Assembly: GCF_016433145.1 (NCBI RefSeq)
Contig: NC_058134.1
Span: 308,312,621-308,370,141 of the forward strand
Reading direction: 5' to 3'
DNA: 57,521 bases
Source: Gracilinanus agilis
Lineage: Eukaryota
Part shown: positions 1 to 12,200 of the stretch, one piece after another
Layout of the letters: the number at the start of each line of letters is the position of its first letter
How positions within the stretch are numbered: position 1 is the first letter of the stretch
Notes under the pieces: model-generated
What the model was told of the DNA's origin: nothing
Seen by the model: the letters and a program-made list of their open reading frames with translations, nothing else
Database searches by the model: none
Program-made: the position numbers and the translations under genes

Positions 1-470
1 AGAGTGAAAGGAGCAGAGCCATAAGAACATTGTACACAGAGACCAATACACTGTGGTAAAATAGAATGTAATGGACTTCTGTACCAGCAGAAAGCAATGA
101 CCCAGGACAGCTCTGAGGGGTTTATGGAAAATACGCTACCCACATTCAGAGGAAGAACTTCAGGAGAGGAAACATATAAGATAAACAACTGCTTGAACGC
201 ATGGGTCGGGGTGGACATGACTGGGGATGTGGACTCGAAACTACCACACCAATGCAACTACCAACAATTTGGAAATAGGTCTTGATCAAGGACACATGTT
301 AAAACCAGTGGAAATGTGCATCAGCCAGGGGTGGGGGGAGTGTGGGGGGTGAAGGGGAAAGTAGGAGCATGAATCATGTAACCATGTTAAAAATGAATGG
401 TTTAAAAAAGCAACAGTAGAGCTTAAGCTAAAATAAAAGGCAAAAAAATAAAGATTTTTGGAAATTCCAA
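1..470 (+). mobile_element. LINE-1 3' UTR end (L1_Mdo-like), runs off the window start
   Basis: Recognisable marsupial L1 3' UTR (accaatgcaactaccaacaatttggaaataggtcttgatc; gaatcatgtaaccatg) ending in A-rich tail; family name from recall. Confidence 0.75.
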
Positions 471-544
471 AAAAAATCACTCTAGACAATATAAAAAACA
501 TCTGGGTATCTGTTTGCCAAGACAAACTCGGGAACTACATGAAC

Positions 545-2473
545 TGTTATGATGTTACACAACGGCAACAAGATCAGCCGTGCAAGTTTTAGTTTGAATG
601 GTACGAGGCTCACACGTCCAGACACAAACCGAAGACGAGGTCAGCACATGCCCACATTCGAATGCATGCGTCGGAACCTTAGCAGGCAGGCAGAGGGTCT
701 GTCGAAGGAAGGAAGATGGCGAGGATGAACCAAGCAGAACACGCTAGCTCATGGGTCCAGCACAGACGAGTGTAAATAGATGTAAATAGTCTGAGTACAA
801 AGCGCTCGGCCACGTTGAACCAGAGAACGCCTGTTCCTCGGTAGGTCAAACAGCACTTGCTCTCTTTCATTAGGGCATCACACACAAAGCCTTGTACGGG
901 TGTATCATACTGCTACTAAGCCATAATAAACGAACAGCTCGCTAACCGACAGGGAAAGCAGAGCTGGGGAAAGCACGGGGACAGCGTAATATAGGTATGA
1001 ATGTTTGGATAGAAGGATCCACAGACAGACATTGCCTAGGGCAGGCTAGCTAGAGAGGTTACTAAGGACTGATACTTATTCATTATTATCATATATATTA
1101 TGTATATTGTTATATGATAATTAATACATTAATGTAGATGAAGAACTTACGCACACATTCATTACCAATTTTCCTAATCATAGAACAGGGATTCGAAGTT
1201 AAAAAGGGTTAAAAATGCCGTGTGTTCTGAATGTTTACTTGAAGTTCAGGGCTAGAGAGTGATGTGATAGTTTGTTGCAGAAATGCATTTGTTTAGAATA
1301 ATAAGTAAGGACAAGTTGCATAGAGAGATCTTGTTATATTTTGCCACAGTTTGTGGTCTGTTATGCATTCATGTTCAGCTTACGCAACACTCGTATTCAC
1401 ACCTTCCCAGTTACGTTCTTTCCCATCCTTTGTCCTTAGCACAGGAAAGTATAGACAGCTTTAGGACCGTAAGGATAGATAGAATTTATTATTTGGGGAT
1501 TGTAGACAGAGGGATAGGAATACATAAGTTAGCTTAGCATAGGGGAGGAATCCATCAACAAAAAGGATCAACAAGAAAATTTGCAGGTTGAAATTTTCAA
1601 AAAACAAAACAGCATTTCCACTATAATGAATTCCTGGGACAAGACGGACACCACTTTGAGTGACAAGACCAGCAATTGGAACCCTCGGAATGTACTCGGG
1701 TGCGGTGAGCCAGGGCCAAAGTCAGCTGGAGCCGACCCTATAAATACCCAACATGCGCAGCACAAGATGGCTCAGTCTGGAGCAATCTTGGGAGGTGGGA
1801 GGTTCAAGAGAGGGAGGGTAAGCCCTATATCTGCAATTCAACTGCCTTGCCTGAGAGAGCTAGAGAGCTCTTAGAACCATCATCAACAGAGCTATGAGAG
1901 AGCACTACTGCTGTCATTCAAGATCATGAACAGCCTTCCCTAATCTTTGGCTTGGCTCTGGCCAAGTCAGGCCAGAGTTAGTGAGAGGGTGAAGAACCTC
2001 CAGTCTCTGCCTGATCTAGCTTTGATCATTTATTTAGACAATTAGCAATAGGATTCCCAAATCCTCCATCCTTTCCCTTGTTCCTAACCATGTTAAGCTA
2101 GAATTAAATATAGTGGTTTGTTACAAAGTACCTTTCCTGAGTGATGAATATACCTAAAGCCCTTGGGAAGGGAAGACAGTCACACAGTCAGACCCACAGC
2201 GTTATCCAATCAACGCACCAGAAGCCCATATCAATATGCATTCCAACCCCAGGTTGAGGAACTAGAGAGGTTGACTACACATACAATTTCTCAGTGGTTC
2301 CCTGCCTGGGCAGCTGTTAAAAGGGGACAGCTGACAGGCTCAGTCCAGCAAAGCTTGTCAGGTGGGGAGAAGAATAATCCTTCTGCCAGCAGCACTCACA
2401 CAGAGGTCTGTGGGTGAGAGTGTGTGGTCTCTCTCTCTCCCCAATTCATTCATTCATCCCCACTTTTTTAACA
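545..2473 (+). mobile_element. Solo-LTR-like element, 1929 bp (ERV1-type by 4-bp TSD)
   Basis: Termini TGTTA...TAACA; TSD GAAC at 541-544 and 2474-2477; removal restores L1 ORF2 (ELHEHNYKT); TATAAA 1739-1744 and ATTAAA 2103-2108 give orientation. Confidence 0.8.
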
Positions 2474-3557
2474 GAACACAACTACAAAACACTTTTCACA
2501 CAAATAAAACTAGATCTAAACAATAGGAAAAACATTGATTGCTCATGGGTAGGAAGAGCTAATATAATGAAAGTGACTGCCTAAATTAATATACTTATTC
2601 AGTGCCATACCTATCAACCTACCAAAAAGCCATTTTATAGAACTAAAAAAAATAATAAAATTCATCTGGAAGAATAACAGGATAATAACAAGAATAACAA
2701 GGGAACTAATAAAAAAAAATACGTAATGGATGATGGCCTGGTCTAGCAGCAGTACCAGATCTTGAGTTGTATTATAAAGTGCAATCTGGTACTAGCTAAG
2801 AAATAGAAGGGTAGATTAACGGAATAGACTAGGGATAAATGACCTCAGTAAACTAGTGTTTGATAAACCCAAAGATCCAAGCTTTGGGGATAAGAACTCA
2901 CTATTTAACAAAACTGCTAGGAAAAACTGGAAAACAGTAGGGCAAAAATTAGGTTTATATAAATATCTCACACCCTATACCAAGATAAGGTCAAAATGGG
3001 TATATGATTTAGATGTAAAGAGTGATATTATAAGTAAATTAGGAGAACAGAATAATTTACCTATTAGATCTATGGAAAAGGGAAAATTTTATAACCAAAC
3101 AAGAGATAGAGAATACTATAATATGTAAAATGAAATTTGATTATATTAAATTAAAAAGGTTTTGTACAAACAAAACCAATACAACCAAGATTAGAAGGAA
3201 AAAATTTATAACAAATTTCTCTGATCAAGGTCTCATTTCTCATATATATAAAGAACTAAGTCAAATTTATAAGAATCCAAATCATTCTTCAGTTGATAAA
3301 TTGTCAAAGGATATGAATAGGCTGTTTTCAGATGAAGAAATCAAAGCTATCAATAATCATGTGAAAAAAGTTCTAAATCCTTCTTGATTAGAGAAGTGCA
3401 AATTAAAACAACTCTAAGGTACCACCTCACACCTATCAGATTGGACAACATGACAGTAAGTAATAAATGTTGGAGAGAATGTGGCAAAATTGGAGTACTA
3501 ATGCATTGCTAGTGGAGTTGTAAACTGATCCAACCATTCTGGAGGGCAATTTGGAAT

Positions 3558-4178
3558 TGAAGCTGTCCAGCAGCTCCACGAAGATTCCTAGTGGGTAGGA
3601 CACTCAGAAAGGGGAACCAGGGACTGAGAGAAAATGGATTACGGGTTAAGGACTAAGGAAAAGAGAACATAAAGCGAAAATAAAGACATGCAGACATAGA
3701 AAGTTCTGGCATAAGGTAGTCAGACAGCAAGTAAGCTCTGGTGGACAAGAGTTTCCACGGTTCAGAGCTTCACTGGGATGAAGCTCTGATGGTAAAGAGC
3801 TTAGATGGTTCAGAGCTTAACCCATAGCTGCCACCCTGTTATTTTTATTGGGGTTACAACAGTATAGGGGGAAAGGAAGAGCCAAGTGGTCTGATACACT
3901 AACATTATGAGGTACAATACCCAGATCAGGAGTTCATATAGCCTAAGGTATGGTTGTTTGGTACATATGTTAATTGATTGTTTTAGGTAAAATAAGGAGA
4001 CTGAAATATCTGACCAGTCTTCCTGGAGTGTAGCCTTAGAGAAGGGGTAGGAACTTGGTATGGTTGAGGTTCAATTTAACTCAAGGTTACAGAAATCACT
4101 CATAAGCAATACAAGAGTAAAGTTTTTTGAGCACTCTTTAAAATAATATCAAGATTAATGTATACCTGGATTGCTACA
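3558..4178 (-). mobile_element. Solo LTR, 621 bp, 5-bp TSD
   Basis: Termini TGAAGC...GCTACA; TSD GGAAT at 3553-3557 and 4179-4183; AATAAA on minus at 3844-3849; removal restores L1. Confidence 0.8.
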
Positions 4179-4283
4179 GGAATTGTGCCCAAAGAGCTAT
4201 AAAACAAAGCATACCTTTTGATCCAGTAATACCACTACTGGGTCTGTATCTTGATACAGACCCAAAGAGATCAAAAAAAAAAA

Positions 4284-4556
4284 TCAAAGGAGAAATTAAT
4301 AAAATGGAAAGTAAAAGAACTATTGAATTAATAAATAAGACTAGAAGCTGGTATTTTGAAAAAACAGATAAAATAGACAAAGTACTGGTTAATCTAATTA
4401 AAAAAAGGAAAGAAGAAAACCAAATCAATAGTATCAAAGATGAAAAGGGAGATCTCACCTCTAATGAAGAGGAAATTAAAGCAATCATTAAAAACTATTT
4501 TGCTCAATTATATGGCAATAAATTTAGCAATCTAGGCGATATGGATTAATATTTGC
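4284..4556 (+). mobile_element. Out-of-order internal L1 ORF2 fragment
   Basis: Encodes ESKRTIELINKTRSWYFEK...QLYGNKF, the ORF2 segment between endonuclease and RT, placed inside the C-terminal ORF2 region; both junctions are in A-runs. Confidence 0.7.
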
Positions 4557-4862
4557 AAAAAAATGGGAAAGGGTATGTCCATACAAAAATATTTATAACT
4601 GCACTTTTTGTGGTGGCAAAGAATGGGAAACTAAAAGGACGTCCCTCGATTGGGGAATGGCTGAACAAATTGTGGTTTATGATGGTGATGGGATACTATT
4701 GTGCTATAAGGAATGATGAACCGGATGACAGAAAAAACTGGAAAGACCTCCATGAACTGATGCAAAGTGAAATAAGCAGAACCAGGAGAACATTATACAC
4801 AATATTGTGGAGTGATCAAATGGGATAGACTTTGCTACTAACAGCAATACAATGATCTAAAA

Positions 4863-5068
4863 TAGTGATGGGCAAACTTTTTAAAGAGGGGGCCAAAGGA
4901 AAGGAAATGTTCATCTATCAGTCTGTTTCTAAGGCAACTCTTTCAAAGTTTCATTGTATTGTATCCTACTCTTTGTATTCATCAGATTAGGAATAATGTC
5001 ACATGGCGGGATAGGACATTTCAGGGGGCCACTTCTGGCCCATTGGACCATAGTTTTACCCATCACTG
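4863..5068. mobile_element. hAT-Charlie-type MITE, 206 bp
   Basis: TIRs tagtgatgggcaaact / agttttacccatcactg; 8-bp TSD ATCTAAAA / ATCTAGAA. Confidence 0.8.
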
Positions 5069-5414
5069 ATCTAGAACAATTCTGAGGGACTTGTGAAAAA
5101 AAATGCTGTCCACCTCCAGAGAAAGAGCTGTTGGAAGAGAAATGCAGATAAAAGTATAAGATTTCTTTATTGTTAATATGGATATGTGTTCGGGGAGTTT
5201 GGTTTAATAGATTATTTACTTACAAAAATGATTAATATGGAAATGTTTTGCATGATAATACATGTATGGCCCAAATTTAATTGCTTGTCAGCTCTAGGAG
5301 GGAGGAGGAAAGAAGGGAAGAAGATAATGTAGATCATATAACTTTGGGAAACTGATGTGAAAGTTTGTTATAAAAAAAATTTTAATTTTAAATAAAATAA
5401 AGCATTGATGATGA

Positions 5415-6120
5415 TGTGGCAGGTTTTAAGCTTGCTTTATTTTTGCAGGGGACTATAAAAAGTTTCCATCCAGAGGAGGAATGTAAGCCTAGGTTCAAAG
5501 CTATTTGCATAATTCTCCTTGTTGGTAGAAAATGATTCCTCAATATTCCACACCAACAAGAATAATGGAATTACTGAGACTGGGAGAAAAAAGATCCTTG
5601 CTCTTCTGGCTTTGGGCTTAGGAAGAGACACAAAGTTCCAAATTCTCTTTAGGGAAAGGAAAGGCAAAACAGAAAAACTCTGGGAAGAAGCTGAAGTGGA
5701 AAAGAGCCAGCACGTTGGTCAGTTGTGTTCCATCCCCACCTTACTCTCCTAGAGACTTTGGGGAATTTCCCCTGGGGTGAGATCTGACTCTCTTCCCCCT
5801 TCTTCATTCTCCTATCCTTCCTACTTCTCTCTATCTCTCTCTGTCAGTCTGTCTGCCTCTCTGTCTCTCTCATATCTCACTTCTAGTAAGAGAGTTCATT
5901 CACTCTGTGTATGTCCTCATCTATATAATTTCTCTGATTTCTGTTTGATATTGACTTGCATAAGTGGGTTTATTTGCTGTTCATTATGCCTTTGTGTAAC
6001 TGGCAAATGTGTTGAGAAGAGAATTAAGCCTTGGGTATTAATTAAACCTTGAGTCACTCCTTCCTCATTAAGGTATAGTCCTCAAGAGCTCAGCTTAAGC
6101 CCAAAAATTATTTCCCCCTA
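5415..6120 (+). mobile_element. Possible solo LTR
   Basis: Starts TGTGG, has a CT-rich tract and ATTAAA near 6041, ends tttcccccta; no TSD found. Confidence 0.35.
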
Positions 6121-6138
6121 GTCTAAGAATATTTAAAC

Positions 6139-6626
6139 CAGGGGTTCCCAAACTTTTTTGGCTCCCTTTCCAGAAAAAATATTACTTAGTGCCCTGGAAA
6201 TTAATTTTTTTTAATTTTAATAGCAATTAATAGGAACAATATATATATTAATGTTTCTACCTTTTTTCATAAAATATAGTAAAGAAAGGTGTATATTAGA
6301 AACATTGAACTTTGAAATTATGAAGGTATTTATTGAACTCAGAAAAGAATGTAATACAAAAAAAGTTAAAACATTCGAAATCATCTTAATGAAAAGGATG
6401 AACCTGGTGTGCTACTACCAATTTAGTAATCCTTGGCTCTATTTTCATCAGCAGTAATCTTAAATAACCCCGATTGACTATTTGCAATTGGTTTCTTTTT
6501 GTTGTTGTTAATAAATTGGTTACCGCACTGAATCCACGTTCCAAAATGCACCTGTGGCCATCACCACTCTCCTGGACCGCTGCAGCACCCACCAAGGGGT
6601 GGTGGCGCCCACTTTGGGAATCACTG
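6139..6626 (+). mobile_element. hAT MITE family A, longest copy (488 bp)
   Basis: Termini CAGGGGTTCCCAAAC...TTTGGGAATCACTG; 8-bp flanks ATTTAAAC / ATTTAATT. Confidence 0.8.
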
Positions 6627-6797
6627 ATTTAATTAATTCTAGCAGTGGGGTCTCTGGGTTAAAGGCCACTGTCTTAGGACAATTCCAGATTGTTTTCTAG
6701 AATCGTTAGGTCAGTTAGCAGCTCCACTGGGCAGGCCTGCCTTTCCACAATCTCTCTACAGACTGAATCTTCTAGGATTTGAAAAAAGTTCTCCCCA

Positions 6798-6966
6798 GGG
6801 CAGGTAAGTGGCACAGTGGATAGAGTGCCAGGCCTGGAGTCAGGAGGTCTTGGGTTCAAATCCAATTTGATGTTTCCTGTGTGACCTTGTGAAAGTCACT
6901 TAATCCCAGTTTGCCTAACCATTACCATTCTTCTGCCCTAGGATTGTTACTAAGACAAAAGATAGG
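6798..6966 (+). mobile_element. tRNA-derived SINE (SINE1_Mdo-related, older)
   Basis: tRNA-like head with B-box gggttcaaatcc, CORE-like gtcacttaa, and tail. Confidence 0.6.
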
Positions 6967-8012
6967 AGTTGTTTGTTTTTTATTCTTTCCCCCCACCCCA
7001 CCCCCCCCTTCTTGGTTTTTCCTTCTAGGCCCTTCTTTTAGAGAAGGTTTAAGAGAATTACCCCATGGCTGCTCCTGGAAAGACTCCAAAAAGAATGAAG
7101 GCAGAAAGGGTGAGGCAGCAGACATGTGTGACTCAGAGGGAAAGGGGCACCCCCAGCTGCCTCTTATATAACCTTCCTGGGCCTCCTTTTCTTCCTCTGT
7201 AAATGATCCAGTGGCCTCCAAGGTCTCTTCTGATTCTAACCTCCCGGATCATCCAGGCTCATGCTGTACAGAGAGAGGCAACTAAGCTGCTGGCCAGAGC
7301 CTGGCCTAGGGGGCAGATAAGCCCGCAGGGCTCTGTGCCAAAGAAAGGTTCTCCACTTCTAGACAATCATAGGCATGGGAGGGCACGAGAGGAATCTTAG
7401 CGACCATTAAGTCAAATGGCTGGACTGCTCAGAAGAAGAACCCCTCATTCCGAGTGAGCTGGATTACTTTTGCTGCTCTCACTTGATCCTGGGATTCTGG
7501 ATGTCACTCTCCCTTCCTGAGCCTCAGTTTCTTCATCTGTTAAAAGGGGCCACGTGGTGTGGATCTGACTCCACGGTGCTTTCGCAGGGCCAGGGGTCAG
7601 TCCTCGTCTCCCCTCATTTGCTAGATGGAGTTGGGTAAATACCCTAAGCTCCTGGGCCTCTGTCTCTTGGTCTGTAAAGCGTCCAGCCTAGTGTGGAAGA
7701 AGCAGGAACGGCATGTGGAATTCTCCCAAGCCAGCGAGGGGAAGTCAGCCCAGGTGGCCCGCACAGTGATCAGAGGGAGTTAAAATCCTTTCTGCCCCAC
7801 TGACTTTCATAGGGAAACCAGAGATGTGTTCCTCGGGAAATCATTTTGGCCTCTAGATGACATAAAGACACACCCTAAAGCTCAACTCAAACAGAACAAG
7901 TTGGGAAGGGAGGCAGCTACTACCATTAGTAATAACAACTTTCTTTATTGGGTCCTTTAAGATTTTTTTCACAAAATCCTTCCCTTTCTAAATGACAATT
8001 TGATTTCTTTTC

Positions 8013-8218
8013 TTTTTTTTTTTTAAACTCTCGCCTTCTGTCTTAGAATCAGACTGTGTATTGGTTCCAAAGCAGAGGAGTGGTAAGGGCTAGGCAATGG
8101 AGGTCAAGTGACTTGCCCAGGGTCACACAGCTGGGAAGTGTCTGAGGCCAGATTTGAACCTAGGACCTCCCATCTCTAAGACCTACCTCTCAATCCACTG
8201 AGCCACCCAGCTGCCCCC
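8013..8218 (-). mobile_element. SINE1_Mdo-like, full length
   Basis: Head ggggcagctgggtggctcagtgg on minus, poly-T on plus; imperfect 15-bp TSD tga(c/t)aatttg(a/t)tttc. Confidence 0.85.
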
Positions 8219-8230
8219 TGATAATTTGTT

Positions 8231-8403
8231 TTCAAACCCTTACCTTCTGTCTTACATCAATTCTAAGACAGAAAAGCAGCAAAGGCTAAGCAAACGGGGG
8301 GTTAAGTGACTTGCCCAGGATCACAGTCAGGAAATGTCTGAGGCTAGATTTGAACTCAGAAACTTCCATCTCCAGGCCTGGCTTTCTATTCCTTGAGTCA
8401 CCT
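8231..8403 (-). mobile_element. Older SINE1_Mdo-like copy, tandem to the previous one
   Basis: Same body motifs, more diverged. Confidence 0.65.
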
Positions 8404-8459
8404 AAATAACTTCTTATTTTACTAAGCCCTCAGAAGATCCTAGAAAATAATAACAGCTG

Positions 8460-8640
8460 GCCTATTTACAAAGCACTTTAGAAATATTATCTCATTCGGT
8501 CCTCACAACAACTGTGTGAAGCAGGTACTATTACTCTCCTCATTTTACAGTTGAAGAAACTGAGGCAGGCATCAGTTCAGTGATTTTCCCAGGAATCACA
8601 CAACTAGTAAGTGTCTGAGTCTGGCTTTGGACTCCAGGCC
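8460..8640 (-). mobile_element. MIR/CORE SINE
   Basis: cattttacagttgaagaaactgaggc CORE motif. Confidence 0.65.
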
Positions 8641-9007
8641 CACAACACAAAGTGAGGCTCAAAGGAGCATCTTTTCCAACTTCAGGGCTGCACGAGGTGC
8701 TGGCTTGAACCACGAGTTACCCAGGACCTTCAGAACTCATCGAATCGACCCTCTCATTTCAGAGAAAAGGAAAAGGCCCAGAGAGCAGAGTCTAAGATCG
8801 CTGAGGGAAAAACCTTTTTTTTTTTTTAATTTTTAATTTTTTTTATTTCAGTCCTTACATGCCCTTCCCCATCAGCAAGTCTTCCCAGCCACCACTCCAT
8901 GGAAAGACATTCCCCCCATCCCTCCTCATAAGCTGATTACCAGAAATCTCCTCACTTGTGAAGAATGACTCAAGTTTGGACACTCTACATCTTGTCTACA
9001 CCACCAG

Positions 9008-9222
9008 GGAGGCAGCTAGATGACTCAGCAGATAGACTGCAGGGCCTAGAATTAGGAAGACCCGAGTTCAAAACTCAGCTCAGACGCTTAGCTGTGTGAC
9101 CCTGGCCAAGTCACTTAACTTCTGTTTGCCTGAATCCACAAGGGAAGGAAATGGAAAACACTCCAGCATCTCTGCCAAGAAAACTCAATGGACAGTATGG
9201 TCACGAAGAGTCAGACACTCGC
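9008..9222 (+). mobile_element. Mar1-like CORE-SINE with RTE-type tail
   Basis: tRNA head plus gaaggaaatgg...ccagcatctctgccaagaaaac tail. Confidence 0.65.
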
Positions 9223-12200
9223 TTTGTGGAGTCAATCCACAAAGAGGCAACCCCCTGAATGGAGGGGTGAAGGGCAGAGTACTAAACTTCCCAAAGCCTT
9301 CCTCTGGAGAGGGCTCACAACCTTCCCCATAACGCCATCCTCCACCTCGGCTTGGCTTCTGTCTTCCCCCCTTAGACCTAAGCTCCATGAGGGCAGGGAC
9401 TGACTCCTTTTCTCTTTTTTTCCCAGTGTTCGGCACAGAACCTGGCCCATCAGGAGGCCCTCCATACACTCGGATTTTCATTTGGGCCACCACTTAAGGA
9501 GTCACCTAACAAACGGGGGCTGAAATGAACTGGAGAGGGAGGAGACTTGCTCAAGGTCACAGAGGCAGCGAGTCATGGATGGTGATTCCCTCCATCTCCT
9601 CCCGCAGTTTGCCTGTCCCTCTCTTCCATTCTCCTGGCTCCTCCACCCAGATCCTCCAGAGAAGGGATCGGATCCAACTGGACGGAGACTAGAGGCAGAA
9701 GACGGATCAGAAGGTGATTTCAAGGCCCATCGGAAGCGTCAGGTTCCAACTAAAAGCTGTTTACCAAAAGGAAGGGAGAACCCCTGGACGGAGCCTTTTT
9801 GTAAACGCCATCCTAGGTCAGGCTGCTCGAACTTCAAGGACTTCCAGGATGAGATAAAGTTGGGGAAGTTTGCCAGGCTCAAACAATAGTCCTTTTATGG
9901 AACTGACCCAATTCTGCCTTATCTTGTCTACAAAATGTTTCTAATACCTTAGGTTGTAAGATTCCCAGGGAGGCTCTCGTTTCAATGACCAGCCTTAGGC
10001 CTCGGTGTCCTTCAGCTAGAAATGTCTGTCTCCCGATCTACAATGGGAATGCAAAAGAGCTTCAGTTTGAACACGGAGAACCCAGGAATCCCAGAGCATC
10101 CTTGCCAAGACCATCCCTAGAACAGCATTGGCGTGCAACGGTCCACAGGGCCAAGAATGCCCCCAAGAGTCAGACGTGACTAAATAACATCCTCCTCCAC
10201 AAGTCCGCCATGTTCTCGGAGGGTACAGCAGTAACTGAATGGGCAGCACTGGAGACAAGCCAAAATGGGGGCCCCTGGGGGTGCCAGCACCCTAACCCCT
10301 GCCAGCGCCAGCAGGCTAGCCCCATAAAATGGGGAGGGTGGAAGGTGGAAGTCTTTAGATTTCTCGTTCCCTGCACTTTGAGAATTTGGGGGTCTGTGGC
10401 AAAACTTCAGTGAAGCAAAGAATTCAACTTTGTGGCAATCACTTGAATCATAAGCATCAAATGGGCCTATTTCCTGCCTCCCTTTTCTTTATAGCTCAGG
10501 CAATACATGCAGGACCCTGGGGAATCTGGGGAAGGGAGTCCCAGGGGAGACATCTTTGTTTTGTTACCTCCTTAGCAAAGATGGCCGTGCCTCGACTAAG
10601 AGAAGACCCATATTTCTAAATAACAGTCCTTTACATCAAATTCTGCCTACAAACCCTTCCCCACCCGCAGAGGACTTTTAGAGTAAAGCTGGGGGCAAGC
10701 TGGTCCACTGGCAGCAATTAGGGGGGCCGAAGCAGAAAAAAAACCATCTTGTGGCAAATGAAAGTAATTATGATTCTGTCAACCGTGGTTCCAAAGTACA
10801 GCCAGGAGAAGGGGCAACACCCTGAAAGTCCAGGCTCAGGTCCAGCCCAGGCTGAAGGCTCGGGAGACTGTGAGGGTCAGCCTAGCCAGAGCCCAAGGAG
10901 GCAGGGGAATGTCGGCTCTGGCACAACCGGCAGTTGGTCAGCAGCTACTTTCAATAATTCAGAAGTTATGAAGCACCTACTACGTATGAGGCCAGAGGAA
11001 GAGTCAAAGAATAGCAATCTCTTCCCTTAGGAAAGGGACAGTGTAGATGGGCTCAGGAGCCTATGGCAGGTACACAGTCAAACAGTGGAAGGTCAGGGGT
11101 GATGGAGGGCAACGGAAAGGCCCCAGGGCTACGGGAAAGTTAGAGCCCGGGGACGTTATTCTTTAACAAAATATTAAAACTAAAATACAAATGCAAATCC
11201 ACAAGGGATCCCAGAAAGATCTGAACATCTTTGATCTGGCAGCAATGGCCAGTTCAGTTGGGAAGAAAATGGTGGACCATTGAATAACCCCTACTTTTTT
11301 TACCCAGGCTCCTCTATGAGACCAGACAACACTGATGAGATCTCTTCAGGCATAGAAGATCCTCTCCAATGGACAGAGGCTGGACCTGGAGATGGGAGAG
11401 ACCTGGCCACTAACCAGTGGCCATAGGCAAGTTACAACCTCTCTAAGCCTCAGCTTCCCCACCTGTACTATTGACTTCACAGAGTTATTTTGTCCATCAA
11501 ACAAGAAATAGCATGAATGGGTCTACCACTGACATCAGGAAAATCTTGTCCCAGGTACTTTCTAGCCGTGTGACCCTGAGCAAGTCCCTTTACCTCTGTT
11601 TGCCTCAGTTTCCTTATCTATAAAATAGAGGGCTTAGATTCCATGGTCTCTAAGGTCTCTTTTAGCTAGAAGATCCTCTGCCACGTAATGCATGTAATAT
11701 ATTTTTGCAAACACTCAAGAAATGTATTATTCTTACTATCTACCTTTGGGAAAATGAAATATCTTCCTTGCCATTTTACAGAAGTGATCCTGGGGCCCAG
11801 AGAGGTCAGGTGACTTGTCCAATGCCACCAGTTGGTCTATGTTAGACCAAAAATGCCACTGGTTTCCTACCTCTTAGTTCATCCAGAACATGCATGGTTC
11901 CACTCAAAGATGGAAGAGAAAAGTTGAGGAAGGAAGATAAGGGAGCAGGATTGAGTCATAATATGCTCATAGAATCCTCCACTGAGAAGACACTTTAGAA
12001 CTGAGGTCACTAAATGAGTCAGGGCTATAAGAGGGACTGAAGAAAATGCAGTTTGGGGGGAGGATGGGCAGTAGGAAGGAGCTAGACCCTGATGGCCAAG
12101 GGAGGCAGCCCTGGTTTGATGGAAATTGAGTTCACTCAAGCAGGAACAGGTCCAAGTTCTCATTCTAGCTCAAGGGAAGACTTCGGGGGGACTCAAGAGC

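Larger units (their letters stand above)
471..5400 (+). mobile_element. Old LINE-1 (3' part of ORF2 plus 3' UTR), interrupted by four insertions
   Basis: ORF2 remnants at 471-544, 2474-3557, 4179-4283 and 4557-4862 (e.g. PSIGEWLNKLW, TKIFITALFVVAK) and 3' UTR at 5069-5400 are collinear once the inserts are removed. Confidence 0.85.

Noticed and set aside
2856-4828. ORFs of 80-100 aa with L1 ORF2 similarity
   Set aside because: Fragments of a dead L1 broken by frameshifts, stops and insertions; not a functional gene
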